Notes under the pieces: model-generated
The model's database searches: none
Seen by the model: only the letters and a program-made list of their open reading frames with translations
Told to the model about the DNA's origin: nothing
Program-made: the position numbers and the translations under genes
Shown here: positions 1-13,167 of the stretch, in pieces
How the letters are laid out: each line of letters starts with the position of its first letter
How positions within the stretch are numbered: position 1 is the first letter of the stretch
Assembly (NCBI RefSeq): GCF_036321535.1
Contig: NC_087437.1
Coordinates: forward strand, 31,808,001-31,872,000
From: Camelus dromedarius
Taxonomy: Eukaryota
DNA length: 64,000 nt
Reading direction: 5' to 3'

Positions 1-110
1 GTCCTGGGTTCAATCCCCAGTAAGCCCCTTAAAAAATAAATACATAAATTAAATAAATAATTAAACCTAAATTGCCTCTGCCCCCCAGAAAAGCTTAAAA
101 AATAATAAAT
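1..110 (+). mobile_element. tRNA-derived camelid-type SINE, 3' part (5' end cut by the window edge)
   Basis: Starts with B-box GTCCTGGGTTCAATCCCCAGTA followed by an A-rich (AAAT)n tail; matches the full copy at 61184-61276. Confidence 0.8.
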
Positions 111-1539
111 TATTTTTTTAAATGAGTAGTTCTTAATTTGGAACTGAATAAAGAGAACATCTGAATCTCTTCCGAAGAGTAAAGGGGTAAGTGGAAGTTC
201 TCTAACCTCCAGCTGCACAGGGAGCAGGGGAGGACGGGGTGGTGCATGCGGAGGGGCCGTTCCCAGGGTTGTTCGGCAGGGCTAGGGGGCTCAGACTGAG
301 ATCCAGGCAAGACTGTCTTTCACATGTTGGAGAGTCAGCCCTGAATAGATGCTAGAAAATTGACAGAATGAGAAAAAATACAGAGAAATTGTTTTTGTTG
401 TATATAATCAATACCAATTAAGTCTTCATTAAAGTTAGCTCACTGACTTGGAAAAGTAGATCCTGAACACCATGTCTTCCTCGGCTCTTCCTCTCCATCC
501 TGAAAATCCACTCTTGAGGCATATCAGTCCAAGGGATTATTCCCCTCTGTTTCCACTTCTGTTTTGATATGTCTGCCTTAGTTTTCGCAGGGTCCATCAT
601 GTTCACAAGCATAGAAATAACAATGTTAAGAACAACCTTCCTGCCATCCATTTCACTTCTTTCCTGGAAATGTATTCACATTCTCCTTCCTGCTTTACCA
701 AAGGGCCATTTCCATCCACTGTTTTTCTGCAGTGTTTTGGGCTGATCAGATTACTTGAACAGAAGCCTTAAATGGAAGTTTGGGCACATCCTTTGCTAAC
801 TCCTACTCATCTTTTTGGTTTCCACACCTTTTCCACAGACTTTCCTTTCACCTCAGCTCCCCACCCAGTTGGCCAACCACTCACTCACCCTGGGATGTAT
901 CTAGTTTGGGTCAGTGGAAACTGTAACTAAGTTAAATAAATAACTGTAAATAATCTGATCATTCCACGAGTGATTCCGACCTCTCTGGGTAGAAGGCATG
1001 AGCAAAGACACCCATCTGTGCTTCTTCACTGAGGACTTGCTTTCCTGGCATGTTCACCCCAAATTGTGCCAGATACAGCTGATTGCCATCACAAGTGGAA
1101 TTCTCACCTTCAGAATGATCAAGTTACCCAGCAAAGCCTTCTCTTGCTTCTTCCACTGTTTTTGGAATTGAAAGCAATCCAGCTGTCTCTAAGGATAAAA
1201 GTGAAAACAAACATAAAAATAAACCAGTCTTACATTGCAGAGAGTGAGGGGAATTGGCCATTTTTTTAATATTAGAAATTTCAAACAGATGGTGAGCTAA
1301 TTTATATTTTCATTTTGACATTTGCTTACCCAGTGGGAGTGCACTTAAGCCATATTTTAAGTCCATTCAAAGTGGCCTTCATCAGAAAATGTTGTAGACA
1401 AACCTATAGATGATGCTCTCCACCAACTGGCAGAGCTTATGGACCCAGGGATGCTAGCTCACCTCCTGCTAGACCATGCTAGCCAAGGCCCACTAGGGAT
1501 AGGAACCTCTGCCCTGGAAACTTTGGCCTCCTATCCTCC

Positions 1540-1930
1540 CTGCCTCCCATCTCACCCTGTTCAGGGCCGTTTTCCACAGAATTGGCAAAGGGATCTTCCT
1601 TTCTTGCAGATTTGACCTTCCAGCCCCTGATCAAAATAAACCTTTCAATGACTTCAGATGGCCCTTACAATGAAGTTAAAACTCTATTATTAGCATGTTA
1701 CCAAAGTCATCCTTGATCTGACTCTCCTGACTCCTCCCTGTCTCAGTCCTGGTCTCTTCTTCCATTTTGCACTCTGCACTTGAGTCATACTAAGCCATGT
1801 GTCATCCCAAGATGTGACTCTCCCTCTCTCACTGCCAGGGGTTTGCACTCTCTGCCCACCTCTGCCTGGAGAACCCCACCACCCCTTTGCACCTGACTCA
1901 TGCCTCCCTTCCATTTTGACTTACAGTTTA
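1540..1930 (+). mobile_element. Degraded L2 LINE fragment
   Basis: Pyrimidine-rich sequence with L2-like motifs (ccctgatcaaaa..cctttcaatg, tttgcactctctgccc..ctgcctggagaa); recognised by eye. Confidence 0.5.
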
Positions 1931-3299
1931 GTTGCAATCCAGTAATAACACTATTTTACCATTCCAAAATATGGCCAAAGATACCTCCACCTAGAAGATT
2001 TAGAATGCTATGGCTTCACTGATTAGTCTCATGTTTGCCTACAATTTTCAACCTTACAAAACATATTCCATCTTAGACGTTTTCCCATGTTGTTCAGTGA
2101 AAACGCGTATCAAAATTCTACAGCAATACAAACTTCCAAAAATATAAACAACCTCAAAAGACAAACATTTTGCCTAAATTGCTGAAAGCAATATAACCAC
2201 GAGTGAATGATTCTTTTCCACATACGATGGAACTTTCCACCAATGTGTCTCATTGACTGACCACATCCACGTGTGCTCTTGTTATGCTCTGTCACGCACA
2301 CTCCACTTCTGAACTCGCAATTCCCTAAACTTGATGTGTTCTATTTCCATTTTTGAACTCTATGGTTGAATAAATTATAACATCTGAACTGTGTGTTATA
2401 CAAAACTGAGTTAATAAGCATCCCCATTTTAAAAGAGGGGTTAGTGGTGTCATAGGAAGTACAGATATTTGAGATTTATCTGAAATGTCATGGTTTTTTG
2501 ACATGACAAAAATAGAAGTCCTATCTTTGGATCCTGTTTTCAGTTCAGAGGTTCTGGTTTGGGAAAGAACAGAAGAAAGAGGATTTGTTCTTTGTTCTGG
2601 AAGCTAATAGCTTTGAAGAAGGATGATTTCCAGAGCAGTGGGCCCGAGACGAAGATGGTCAGCAGCCCTTCCAAACCTCAGTCAGGAGTTGGCGGGTGCT
2701 TTGCTTTCACTGTACTTGCCACAGGGACATCTTTGGGTTCACTCCACCCTTCCATTTCCTCCTTTAGTGGAGTGTCACTTGCCTGAAATAGCTTTCAAGT
2801 GACTTGCTTTATGGACGTTTTCCATAGAGCACTACTCCTTTCCTTTGAGACTGGAATTTAATTTTAGCAAATGGATTGGAGCTTATTTTTCTTTTAATGA
2901 GAGCACTTGTCATCACATCACCCATCACTGTATCCTTCCATATTGGTGCACCTATTATTCATGTCACCAATTTATTGACCTCATTGCTGACTGCTAACTT
3001 TCACATTTTCAAGCAAAATTAACTTTTCCATAGATTTCTTAATCAAGGGAATTTTTATACTAATTTATTAAAAGCCTCTTAAATCTAATAACTTCAATAC
3101 ATTCTGCCTACTTAATCTACTAGTGGAAAGGGAACAAAATGCACTGTTTTATCCTTTTAAAAGAAAGTTTAGATTAAGTTTAGAAAAGTTGGGCAAAACC
3201 AGGTGCAATGTCTTACTGTTTTTATTGCTTCAGTGTCCTGGAACACAATGGCCCCTGCATGCTTGATATAATTAATTAGACAATTACCTGAAGCATAGG

Positions 3300-3460
3300 C
3301 AGCTTGGAGCCAGGCCCTGGAGGCAGGCAGGACCCCACCACTTCAAAGCTGGGTTACTCTCAGCAAGTTACATACCTGTCTGAGCTTCAGTGTCTTTCTT
3401 TGGCAAATAGAGTTGTTGGGAGCAGGAAATGAATGAGATGATGCCTAATAGGCACTTTAT
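3300..3460 (+). mobile_element. MIR SINE fragment
   Basis: Diverged MIR core (gcaagttacatacctgtctgagcttcagtgtct...aaatgaatgagatgatg). Confidence 0.5.
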
Positions 3461-3977
3461 AAATCTCTTCTCTAGCCCTCCCTCTCCTGCCTTTTCAACA
3501 AGTATTTCAGGAAGACTTAATGAGAACCAGATGATAAAGCCACAGACACCATCCTTGGTCTCCTGTTCCTCAAAAAAAAAAAAAAAAGAATTAACTGGAA
3601 GCAAGTAATTAACCCCCATTATTTAAAAATATATATGGTTATATGGATCATATGTGTCTACTACTAACATATGTAAATGGTGAGGCTGTTTGAGCCAGGC
3701 GTGCCGCTGATTTTATAGAATATTACTATGCAACTGTTAATCTGGAATTGCTCCATTTTCTTCAATTTTGATTACCAAATTTGGAATTGAATGGAATTCT
3801 GACCATAATCACAAGAAACTCAAATACGGGAAGATGCTACTTTCCCTGATGCTTTGTTATTTAGTTCCACTGACAGTAGATTAGTCAGTAAGCCCTTAGA
3901 AGGATGCTTTCCACTGAGCATCAGACTTGGGAATGCCTTGGCTAGTCTTACAAACAAGCTAACCTAACGGGGAGTCA

Positions 3978-6712
3978 TTTTTTTAATTGAGGTATAGTTG
4001 ATTTACAATGTATTAGTTTCTGGTATACAGCATAGTGATTCAGTTATATATATTTTTTCTTTTTCATATTCTTTTTTATTATAGATTATTACAAGCTATT
4101 GAGTACAGTTCCCTGTGCTATCCAGTAGGATCTTGTTTATCTGTTTTGTATATAGTAGTTTGTATCTGCTAATCCCAAACTCCCAATTTATCCTTCTTCA
4201 CCCTTCCCCTTTGATAACCATAAGTTTGTTTTCTATGTCTGTGAATCTGTTTCTGTTTTGTAAATAAGTTCATGTGTGTCTTTTTTTTAGATTCCACATG
4301 TAAGTGATACCATATGATAGTCTTTTCCTGTCTGACTTATTTCACTTAGTATGATAATCTCTAGGTCCACCCATGTTATGGCAAATGGCATTATTTCATT
4401 CTTTTTATGGCTGAGTAATATTTCATTGTACATATGTGTGTGTGTGTGTATACACACACACACACAACTTCTTTATCCAATCATCTGTTGATGGACATTT
4501 AGGTTGCCACCATGTCTTGGCTATTGTAAATAGTGCTGCTGTGAACTTTGGGGTGTATATATCTTTCCAAATTAGAGTTTTCTTTGGATATATACCCAAG
4601 AGTGGGATTGCTGGATCATATGGTAAGTCTATTTTTAGTTTTTTAAGGAACCTCCATACTGTTCTCCATAGTGGCTGCACCAATTTACATTCCCACTGAC
4701 AATGTAGGAGGGTTCCCTTTTCTCCATACCCTCTCCAGTACTTATTATTTGTGGACTTTTTAATGATGGCTATTCTGACTGGTGTGAGGTGATATCTCAT
4801 TGTAGCTTTGGTTTGTATTTCTCTGATAATTAGCGAGATTGAGTGTCTTTTCATGGGCTTATTGGTCATCTGTATGCCTTCATTAGAGAAATGTCTGTTT
4901 AGGTTTTCTGCCCATTTTTTGATTGGATTGCTTGTTCTTTTGTTATTGAGTATATGAGCTGTTTGTATTTTGGAAGTTAAACCCTTGTCAGTCATATCAT
5001 TTTCAAATATTTTCTTCCAATCTGTAAGTTGTCTTTTTGTTTTGTTTATGGTTTCCTTTGCTGTGGAAAAGCTTTTAAGTTTAATTAGGCCCCATTTGTA
5101 TATTTTTGGGTTTGTTTCTATCGCCTTGGTAGACTGACCTAAGAAAACATTGCTAAGATTTGTGTCAGAGAATTTTTTGCCTATGTTTTCTTCTAGGAGA
5201 TTTATGTGTGTCTTGTCTTATGTTTAAGTCTTTAAGCCATTTTGAGTTAATTTTTGTGTATGGTGTGAGAGAGTTATCTAAATTCATTGATTTATACGAG
5301 GCTGTCTAGCTTTTCCAATACCACTTTCCAAAGAGACTGTCTTTTCTCCATTGTGTATCCTTGCCTCCTTTGTCAAAGGTCAATTGACTATAGGTGTGTG
5401 GGTTTATTTCTGGGCTCTCATTCTGTTCCATTGACCCATATGTCTGTTTTTGTGCCAATTCCATTCTTTTAATTACTGTAGCTTTGTAGTATTGTCTGAA
5501 ATCTAGGAGGGTTATGCCTCCAGCTTCATTTTTTTATTCAGAATTGTTTTGGCAATTCTGGGTCTTTGGGGATTCCATATAAATTGTAGGATTATTTGTT
5601 TTATTTCTATGAAAAATGTCCTGGGTAATTTGATAGAGATCACATTAAATCTGTAGATTGCTTTGAGTAGTATGACAATTTTAACAATACTAATTATTCC
5701 AATTCAAGAACATGGGATATCTTTCCATTTCTTTAAATCATCTTTAATTTCCTTTATCACTGTTTTATAGTTCTCCACATGTAAGTCTTTTACCTCCTTG
5801 GTCAGGTTTATTCCTAAGTATTTTTTAATGTGATTTTTAAAAGGATTGTTTTTTTACTTTCCTTTTCTGGTATTTCATTGTTAGTTTAAAGAAATGCAAC
5901 AGATTTCTGTATGTTAATCTTATAACCTGCTACCTTGCTGAATTTGTTTATCACTTCTGGTAATTTTGTGTAGAGTCTTTAGGGTTTTCTATGAATAGTA
6001 TCATGTCATCTGCATTTAGTGACAATTTACCTCTTCTCTTCCAATTTGGTTCCTTTCTATTTCTTTTTCTTGTCTGACTTCTATGGCTAGGACTGCTAAT
6101 ACTATGTTAAATAGAAGTGATGAGAATGGGCATCCTAGTCTTGTTTCAGATTTCAGTGGGAGGGCTTTCAACTTTTCATCATTGAGTATTATATTGGTTG
6201 TGGGTTTCTCATAAATAGCTTTTATTATGTTACGATATATTCCCTGTATACCTACTTTGGTAAGATTCTTTTATCATGAGTGGATGTTGAATTTTATTAA
6301 ATGCTTTTCCTGCATCTACTGAGATGATCATGTGATTTTTGTCCTTTCTTTTATTGGTGTGATATGTCACATTGATTTGCATATGTTGAACCATCCTTGT
6401 GACCCTGGGGCAAATCTGACTTGATCATAGTGTGTGATATTTTTCATGTGTTGTTAGATTTGATTTGCTAATATTTAGTTGAGAATTTTTGCATTTATAT
6501 ACATCAAAGATGTTGGGCTGTAATTTTTCTTTTTTGGTAGTGTCTTTGGTTTTGGTATCAGGGTGATGGTGGCTTCACAGAATGAACTTGGGAGTGTTCT
6601 CTCCTCCTCAATCTTTCGGAAGAGTTTGAGAAAGATTGGTGTAAGTTCTTCTTTGTATGTTTGGTAGAATTTGCCAGTGAAGCCATCCAGTCCTGAACTT
6701 TTGTTTGCCAGA
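3978..6712 (-). mobile_element. 5'-truncated LINE-1 (3'UTR plus disrupted C-terminal ORF2), intronic and antisense to LEKR1
   Basis: Poly(T) then L1 3' end (ttaattgaggtatagttgatttacaat). ORF 4423-4995 gives L1 ORF2 C-terminal motifs ([37 protein letters not shown]). ORF 6475-6750 gives the RT start ([24 protein letters not shown]). Multiple stops and frameshifts. Confidence 0.95.
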
Positions 6713-7855
6713 TGGAAAGTTGCTTTTAGTTGAAGAATCCTGTAGCACAATCACTTTAATTGTGTTTACTTATTTGGATACCACTTTGAACTGCTTACTT
6801 TTCAATCTCTTTTTTGACATCCTGCAGACATGAATGTTGGGACATTAGGGATATCCAAGACTTAATTCTTACCATGGGCCTTGAAGTACTTTTGGTGAAT
6901 TTCATGGATAAAAGACAGCTATTACTCTTCAACTAGACATGTAGAGTCTCATTATGGGAGGGAGTCTTAATGATCTATAGTCCAGTCACACATTTGAAGC
7001 TTAAATTTGCTCCAGTACTTCCCAGTCAAATGACATTTAGCCCTTTGGAGTATCCTTAGATCGCACTGACTATTAAAAAGTTCTTCCTTGTCTTAACCCC
7101 CATAGCTTCCACCCTTGGCTCCAAATTCTGTTGGGGACATAAAAAGTGCCTCTGCTCAAACTTACAATGCTGCAGACTTACTGAGGGCAGGAACTGAATC
7201 CACTACAGCTTCCAGTAACTTGATGTATGATTACTGAATGGAGTTCAAAGCAGATGTTGTTCTTTATTTTGATATATATCTTGCAGAAGAGAAGATGGCC
7301 AATATATTTAAGTTCTATTGAGAAAGTACCACATAAAATAACTGATTTTAATATCGAAATGCTATAGCTGATATATTTTATGCTTTCAATTTTACAATTT
7401 GAGCTATTTTTATCTGTCATATATTGTAGTTTCCCTTTATTATAAAATAACATATTTAATGGCACTACAGATATTAACTAGTAGACATCACATGTGCAGC
7501 ACAGACTGTCTGAGACACAACACACAGAGGAGATGAAACTCCACAGAAGTAGGCATTAGACGCTCTGGGTTCCAGCACCAGCCCCACCACCACCATCCAC
7601 GTGACCCTGGTTCTTTTTTCCTATTCTGCAAGCTGCGAGGGTTGAACTAAATGTTCTCTTAAAGTTCTTTCCAGCTTCACAAACAAGTTGCATTTTAGAC
7701 TTGTTTGTCCCTGCAGTAGAATATCTACAAAGACAGTTAAAGAACACAGACCTCTGGTTTCCAGTTCAGTTCTCAGTGTATATTTCCAATAACTATCCAT
7801 ATGTACACAGTTTAAAGCGAGGGCTGCCTTTTTTCCCCCCTTTTTCTCATTTCAG

Positions 7856-8269
7856 AACACTTTTCTTCAGGAAACAGTGCGTAGAGAGTGTGAAGAACGC
7901 TTTGAACTGACAGAGGCCTTGAGTCAAGCCAGAGAACAGCTCCTGGAGCTCAGGAATCTCAGGGGACAGTTACCGCTGTCACCGTGCTCCCTCAGCCAGG
8001 GCAGCCTAACCTCCTCTGCCGCAGCCAGCGGCAGTCAGGGAGAGAGAAGGCTTGCAAGACTGAACTCAGAAAAGGGAATCAGAATCCCCAGCCTGCGTGG
8101 AGTGTCAAAACCTACTGCTTCCCCAGTCTCAGCTCAGCCCAGCAGGGTCAGCAGCTCAGGTTTGCCCACTCTTCCCCAGCCACATCCTCCCCGGGGGCGA
8201 CCGTCTTCGGTCAGTGAGACCAGGCAGAGACTGGCTGCCATTCTGTGGAAGAGACTGAGTCAGCAGTGA
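7856..8269 (+). CDS. LEKR1: Terminal coding exon of leucine-, glutamate- and lysine-rich protein 1 (C-terminal ~137 aa; upstream exons lie outside the window)
   Basis: Long polypyrimidine tract and ttcag| acceptor at 7855. Open frame NTFLQETVRRECEERFELTEALSQAREQLLEL...LARLNSEKGI..P.LRGVSKPT...LPQPHPPRG...ETRQRLAAIL...SQQ* (TGA 8267-8269) matches my recollection of the mammalian LEKR1 C-terminus. The GTG 'start' at 7877 in the ORF track is an internal Val. Confidence 0.9.
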   Translation, partial: NTFLQETVRRECEERFELTEALSQAREQLLELRNLRGQLPLSPCSLSQGSLTSSAAASGSQGERRLARLNSEKGIRIPSLRGVSKPTASPVSAQPSRVSSSGLPTLPQPHPPRGRPSSVSETRQRLAAILWKRLSQQ

Positions 8270-9734
8270 TGGATCCAAAGTCAGGAGTGGCTCCACACAG
8301 CATGTCTGTGTTTTCCAGAAGGCCAGAGACTCACTGTAACTGAGGATGATAAAGATCAAATTATTAGTGCAGATCACGAATGCATATTGACAGATATTTT
8401 TAACAAGATAATTGGAAAAGCTAGAAAATTGTGGTCACAATTTCCAAGAGGCCTTTGAAACTACAGCAGATGATGAAGTTGTTGGTATTCCAGAGGGCCA
8501 ATTTCTGTATTTATGTATTGTTATTTAGATGTATTCTATGAATATGCCCTTTTAGAGATCATTGGTAAAAATGTTCATCCATAGCATTTTTTTTTTGCAC
8601 CATTACAAGCAGATATATTTCCACAAAAAAATAGATCATATAGGTTTTGTTGGTGTTTGTTCATTTGTTTGTTGAGCTGAGTAGTTTAAATAGATGTAAT
8701 TAGTATTCCAAATAGAAAATGAAAGTACTTTAGTCCTTAATTTGATAATTTTCAAAGTGCTTATTTGAAATAAGCAGAGTTCATCATCATTATCAAAAGT
8801 TTCTCTTTTTCACCTCGTAATGTAATTAGTTAATCTAATTTCTTTTTAAGTTAGGTCAGAAGTAATGATAGGTAATCTTCAGGAAGACAGTCTGGGGACC
8901 TTCTAGGAAAAGAGACAGCAACTCCAAGGAAAAGGTGGTTTACTTTTTGGTCATGAAAATATCACTTGGTATAGATTTTATACATCAAATGCTTTTTGGT
9001 ACTCAGAGTCAGATTTTGGTTTGAACTAGTATTATTCTTAAGTCATTGTGTAGAAAACTAATTTGAGACAGTTTAGTACAGGCACAGTGCTACTTTGGGA
9101 TTCAAATGTTATTACCCCTGAAAATGGGCATCTGTTTAACATGTTTTCTATTTTCAGAGTGAAAAATTAAAACCAGAAACTAGACAGGCTATTTTACGTA
9201 ATCTTAAAGCTTCGGGCTCCTCCTGTTTCTTAAAACACAACTCTTTACCTTAGGCTAGTGTTCATCTATCCTTTTCTCCATCTAATAGAAGTGTATTTTT
9301 CTTCCATGACTGATTTTACACAAATCCTTCATCTGACTGTATTGTGGACATCCAGGCTTCTTACTCCCAGATTAGAATGATGGTAACACATGTGAAAAGT
9401 GGCACATAAAACTCTGCTATTTGGCTACCACACTGAGGAGAGAATCCAAAGGTACTTGGAATCCCTCCTGTGTGCAAAAACAAGTAAAGCTACTGAGCAA
9501 AACCAAGTTTATCTCCAATCTTTCAAAAGACTTATGTAATCTACCAGTAGGGTGTTTTAATCTCAAAACATTCCACATTAGGTCCGCTAATTTCCCTGAC
9601 TAGTTTAAGTGAGCACATCTAGTGTTAAGGTTTATAATGCACCTTATAATGGCATTTGACAAGGGACTATAACATCACATAATGGTGATGGTGCAGTGGA
9701 CCGTAGAGGTCACTCAAACAATCTCCTCCCCTCC

Positions 9735-10213
9735 TTTTTTTTTTTTTTTTTTTTTTAGCCAGTTTGTGTTTTATTGGCTCCTGGATGCTGCGGCCTTAAC
9801 CAGTACTCCCGTGACGTGTCTCACACGGTGGGTCCAGCTGCTCCTTCCGCTGCTTCTGCTGCTTCTTCAGGTTATCTTCATGCTTGTTGAGCCCATGGTT
9901 CATACACGCGTTTTCTGGGGCAACACACCAACCAGGGGCTTGTACTTCTAGACTTTACAGAATTTCCTCCGGCTTTCTTCCTGAGTCTGGTTAATGACAA
10001 TGAGAACATAGGTGATGAACTTGCTAACAACTGGGATCTTGGAGAGTTTGGAAGCTGCACCACCTGTCACTTTAGGACATGCAGCTGGGACAGCGCCACC
10101 TTCAGGACCTCCAGTTGTTTCAGCAGCTCCTCCACCTCCTTGTCGCGAATGTCTCCAGCCTTAATCTGGCCATGGCCAGAAGCTGCCACTAACGCCTTCT
10201 TGAAGGGAAAGAG
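9735..10213 (-). pseudogene. RPL35: Full-length processed pseudogene of 60S ribosomal protein L35
   Basis: Minus strand: 5'TOP-like CTCTTTCCC (10213-10205) and ATG at 10173. Translated pieces [46 protein letters not shown] match RPL35. Intronless, with a frameshift just after the ATG and a TAG at 9948-9950. AATAAA at 9775-9770 and a 22-nt poly(A) at 9735-9756. Confidence 0.95.
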
Positions 10214-11667
10214 CAATTTGTAAAGAGTAATCTCTTTACAAATTAAGAATAGACGCCCAAAGAGTTCTGGCTTGGCTAAGATGGTACAGCTAGTTAGTGG
10301 CTGAGTTCAAACCAGAACCACTATTACCTGATCCCAACCTTTCCACTTCACTATTCCACTCACCAGAGAGTCCCAGACCTCTACCATGACTTTTGTCAGA
10401 CGCACCTATGCTGTGTTTACCTAATATTTTTAAATGCCCTCATTTTTTAAAACTTAAATTTATATAAAAAGGAAATTTGACCCAAGGAAGAATAATTATA
10501 AAGTAATGAGTTTAATATGCCAGTCATATTTTTTCTAATATACTTTAAGATAAATGTGTATCTATTAAGATGTAAAATGTTGTTGGTCTACCCCCTAAAA
10601 CCATGTTGTATGATTCTAGCAGCACTCGTGCCGCACTCTGGAGACCACTCCACTAGGCCTCATGCTTCTCAACTGGTGTTTGCATGTTCCAGTTACAAAT
10701 ATTCATGACATAAGGTGATGGCAAAAGCTGGTGGAAGGTTTAGTAAAAGCATAAGAGAATATTTTGGGTGACAGTTTTTGCTATATTATACATGCTTTCC
10801 TGCAATCTTTCCATTTCAGCTCTCTCTTCAAGAGCCATGGGAATACATCTTTTCTAAATTATGAACATATTTAAATTTGTAAAGACAGCCACCCATAAGC
10901 TTTTCTAAAGTGATGTAAGGACCATCAGTGCAAAACCTGGTTTCTCAGCTTGTTACACTCTTGCTTTACAATGAGTAATTCTGTAAATAATCACTCTGAG
11001 AATAGAATCATAATCTGCAGCAAAGCTGCACTGTGGTCCACAAGTATGTCAGAGAGTGATTCCATGGATAAACAGAGAGACAATATTTACATTTATTTCA
11101 ACCTAGACAGTTTAAAGCAGTTCAAGCTGTGTACTTACATCTTTTGAAGAAAGGCACTTAAAGAAAAGAGAATAGCATTAGACTATGTAACCTGAGAGTT
11201 AAGAACACATTCAAACTTTCCTAAATTTTCTCACTGATAAATTAACTTATGGCATGAAACAGTATCAGGAATGTTAAAAAAAAAAAAAAAGAGTGGATAT
11301 TATGGCAAAATAGGGTTCTCAAATGCATGTAATGGATATTAAGTCTAATAGTTTTAATTTCTCTATAGACATACATTTTCCATGACCTCAGTGGAAGGAT
11401 TCATAGGTGTCCAAAGAAAATAATATCATAAAAAATATTCCTTAGAAAATTATAATCCTATTTGTTTTTTTTCTTAAACTAGGATTGGTGGATGAAGATG
11501 GGAGAATTCTTCTATATCTAACACAGACTTATCAAGAAATTTTTTAAAGTCCATTGAATTAAATTATTATATTTATACTTAGAACTATTTAAAGGTCATA
11601 TTTTCTGGCAATGGAATTGACTGGAAGAGACATTAATATTAAAAATTGCATAAGATTAAGATCTTTT

Positions 11668-12276
11668 TGTATAGAAGTATAGTCAGTTTACAATGTATCA
11701 GTTTCTGGTGTACAGCATAATGCTTCAGTCATACATGAACATACATATATTCGTTTTCATATTCTTTTTCACCATAACTCACTACAAGATATTGAATGTA
11801 ATCCCCTGTGCTATACAGTAGGAGCTTGTTTATCTATTTTATATATATTTGTATGTGCAAATCTTGAACTCCCAGTTTATCTCTTCCTACCCCTAACCCC
11901 GCCGGTAACCATAAATTCGTTTACTATGTTTTTGTCTTGTAAAAAATTCTTTTTTTTTTAGATTCCACATATAAGTGATATTATATGGTATTTTTCTTTC
12001 TCTTTCTGGCTTACTTCACTTAGAATGACAGTCTCCAGGTCCATCCGTGTTGCTTCAAATGGCAGGTTTTATGGCTGAGTAGTATTCCATTGTACAAACA
12101 TACCATAACTTCGTTATCCAGTTATCTGTCGATGGACATTTAGGTTGTTTCTATGTCTTGGCTATTGTAAATAGTGCTGCTATGAACATTGGGATGCATG
12201 TATCTTTTTGAATTAAGGTTCCCTCTGGATACATGCCCAGGAGTGGGATTGCTGGACCATATGGTGAGTCTATTTT
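11668..12276 (-). mobile_element. 5'-truncated LINE-1 with target-site duplication
   Basis: L1 3' end sequence like the 3978 copy; flanked by taagattaagatctttt (11651-11667) and taagactaagatctttt (12277-12293), 16/17 identical. Confidence 0.93.
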
Positions 12277-13167
12277 TAAGACTAAGATCTTTTATTGTTC
12301 TATTAGTCTAAATAGTTTTGTATTAAAAATTAGTTATAGCTAATTTCTTTTTATTTGATTATGCAGCAAGTTTTCTCAAGCTTTATCTTTTAATGTTCTT
12401 ACAATAATTACAATATTACTAATAGAACAACCTAGTATCCTAAAAGGGTTAATACACTGCAGCTGAAAATTCCTAACCATCATGTTGAACCTTATAGAGC
12501 ACAGGAAATCAATTTGGTATGTGCCCAAATTTCACAAATCCTATAGTAATTATGGGGTTTTTTTTTTTTATGTTTTAAGAAAATAGTTAATGTATGCTGT
12601 GTCTTGCACAGGATACCTTTAATGGTCCCCAAACCATCATAGACAATAAAGAGAGTGTTCCTAAGACAATGTCTATGGTGTCTGAGGGAAGAAATCCTAC
12701 TTCTCCTTTTGAAAATATTTACCATGTAGTAATAAATTGTGATGCCAATGCAATTATGTTGCATCTTTAGAATCTGAAATATAAATTATATCATCTTTGT
12801 ATATTCTGAATTAACAGATAAAATTTTGTAACACAGTGGTTGAATCTGAAACACATTTATCCTATGACAATATTTACCATGATCCAGAAAGTCCAAAGTT
12901 TTCTCTCTTCTCTAGCATTTATATAGAATACTGTTTTATATCCATTAAGTGAGTAAAAAAATGTACTAAAAATCCTTTACCCTCCACATATAGATAGATA
13001 ATATTCTTATATATCTTATATCTTACATATATGTATATAAGAATACCAGGTCACAGAGACTAAGTAATTTGCCCAAAATAAACACTAGATAAGACTAATG
13101 AATAATTTTAAACTTCTGCAGTTTCTGAGCATCTTGACCCATAGATTAATACTTAGGCTATATTTTA

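Noticed and set aside
1940..2530. Possible old DNA-transposon remnant or additional LEKR1 exon
   Set aside because: No terminal repeats or convincing splice-flanked frame that I could verify; needs Dfam or spliced alignment.
4423..4995. 190-aa ORF and related ORFs (6475-6750, 21045-21476, 36139-36324) as genes or a novel reverse-transcriptase system
   Set aside because: These are broken LINE-1 ORF2 fragments or their antisense frames in 5'-truncated copies; no intact RT or endonuclease.
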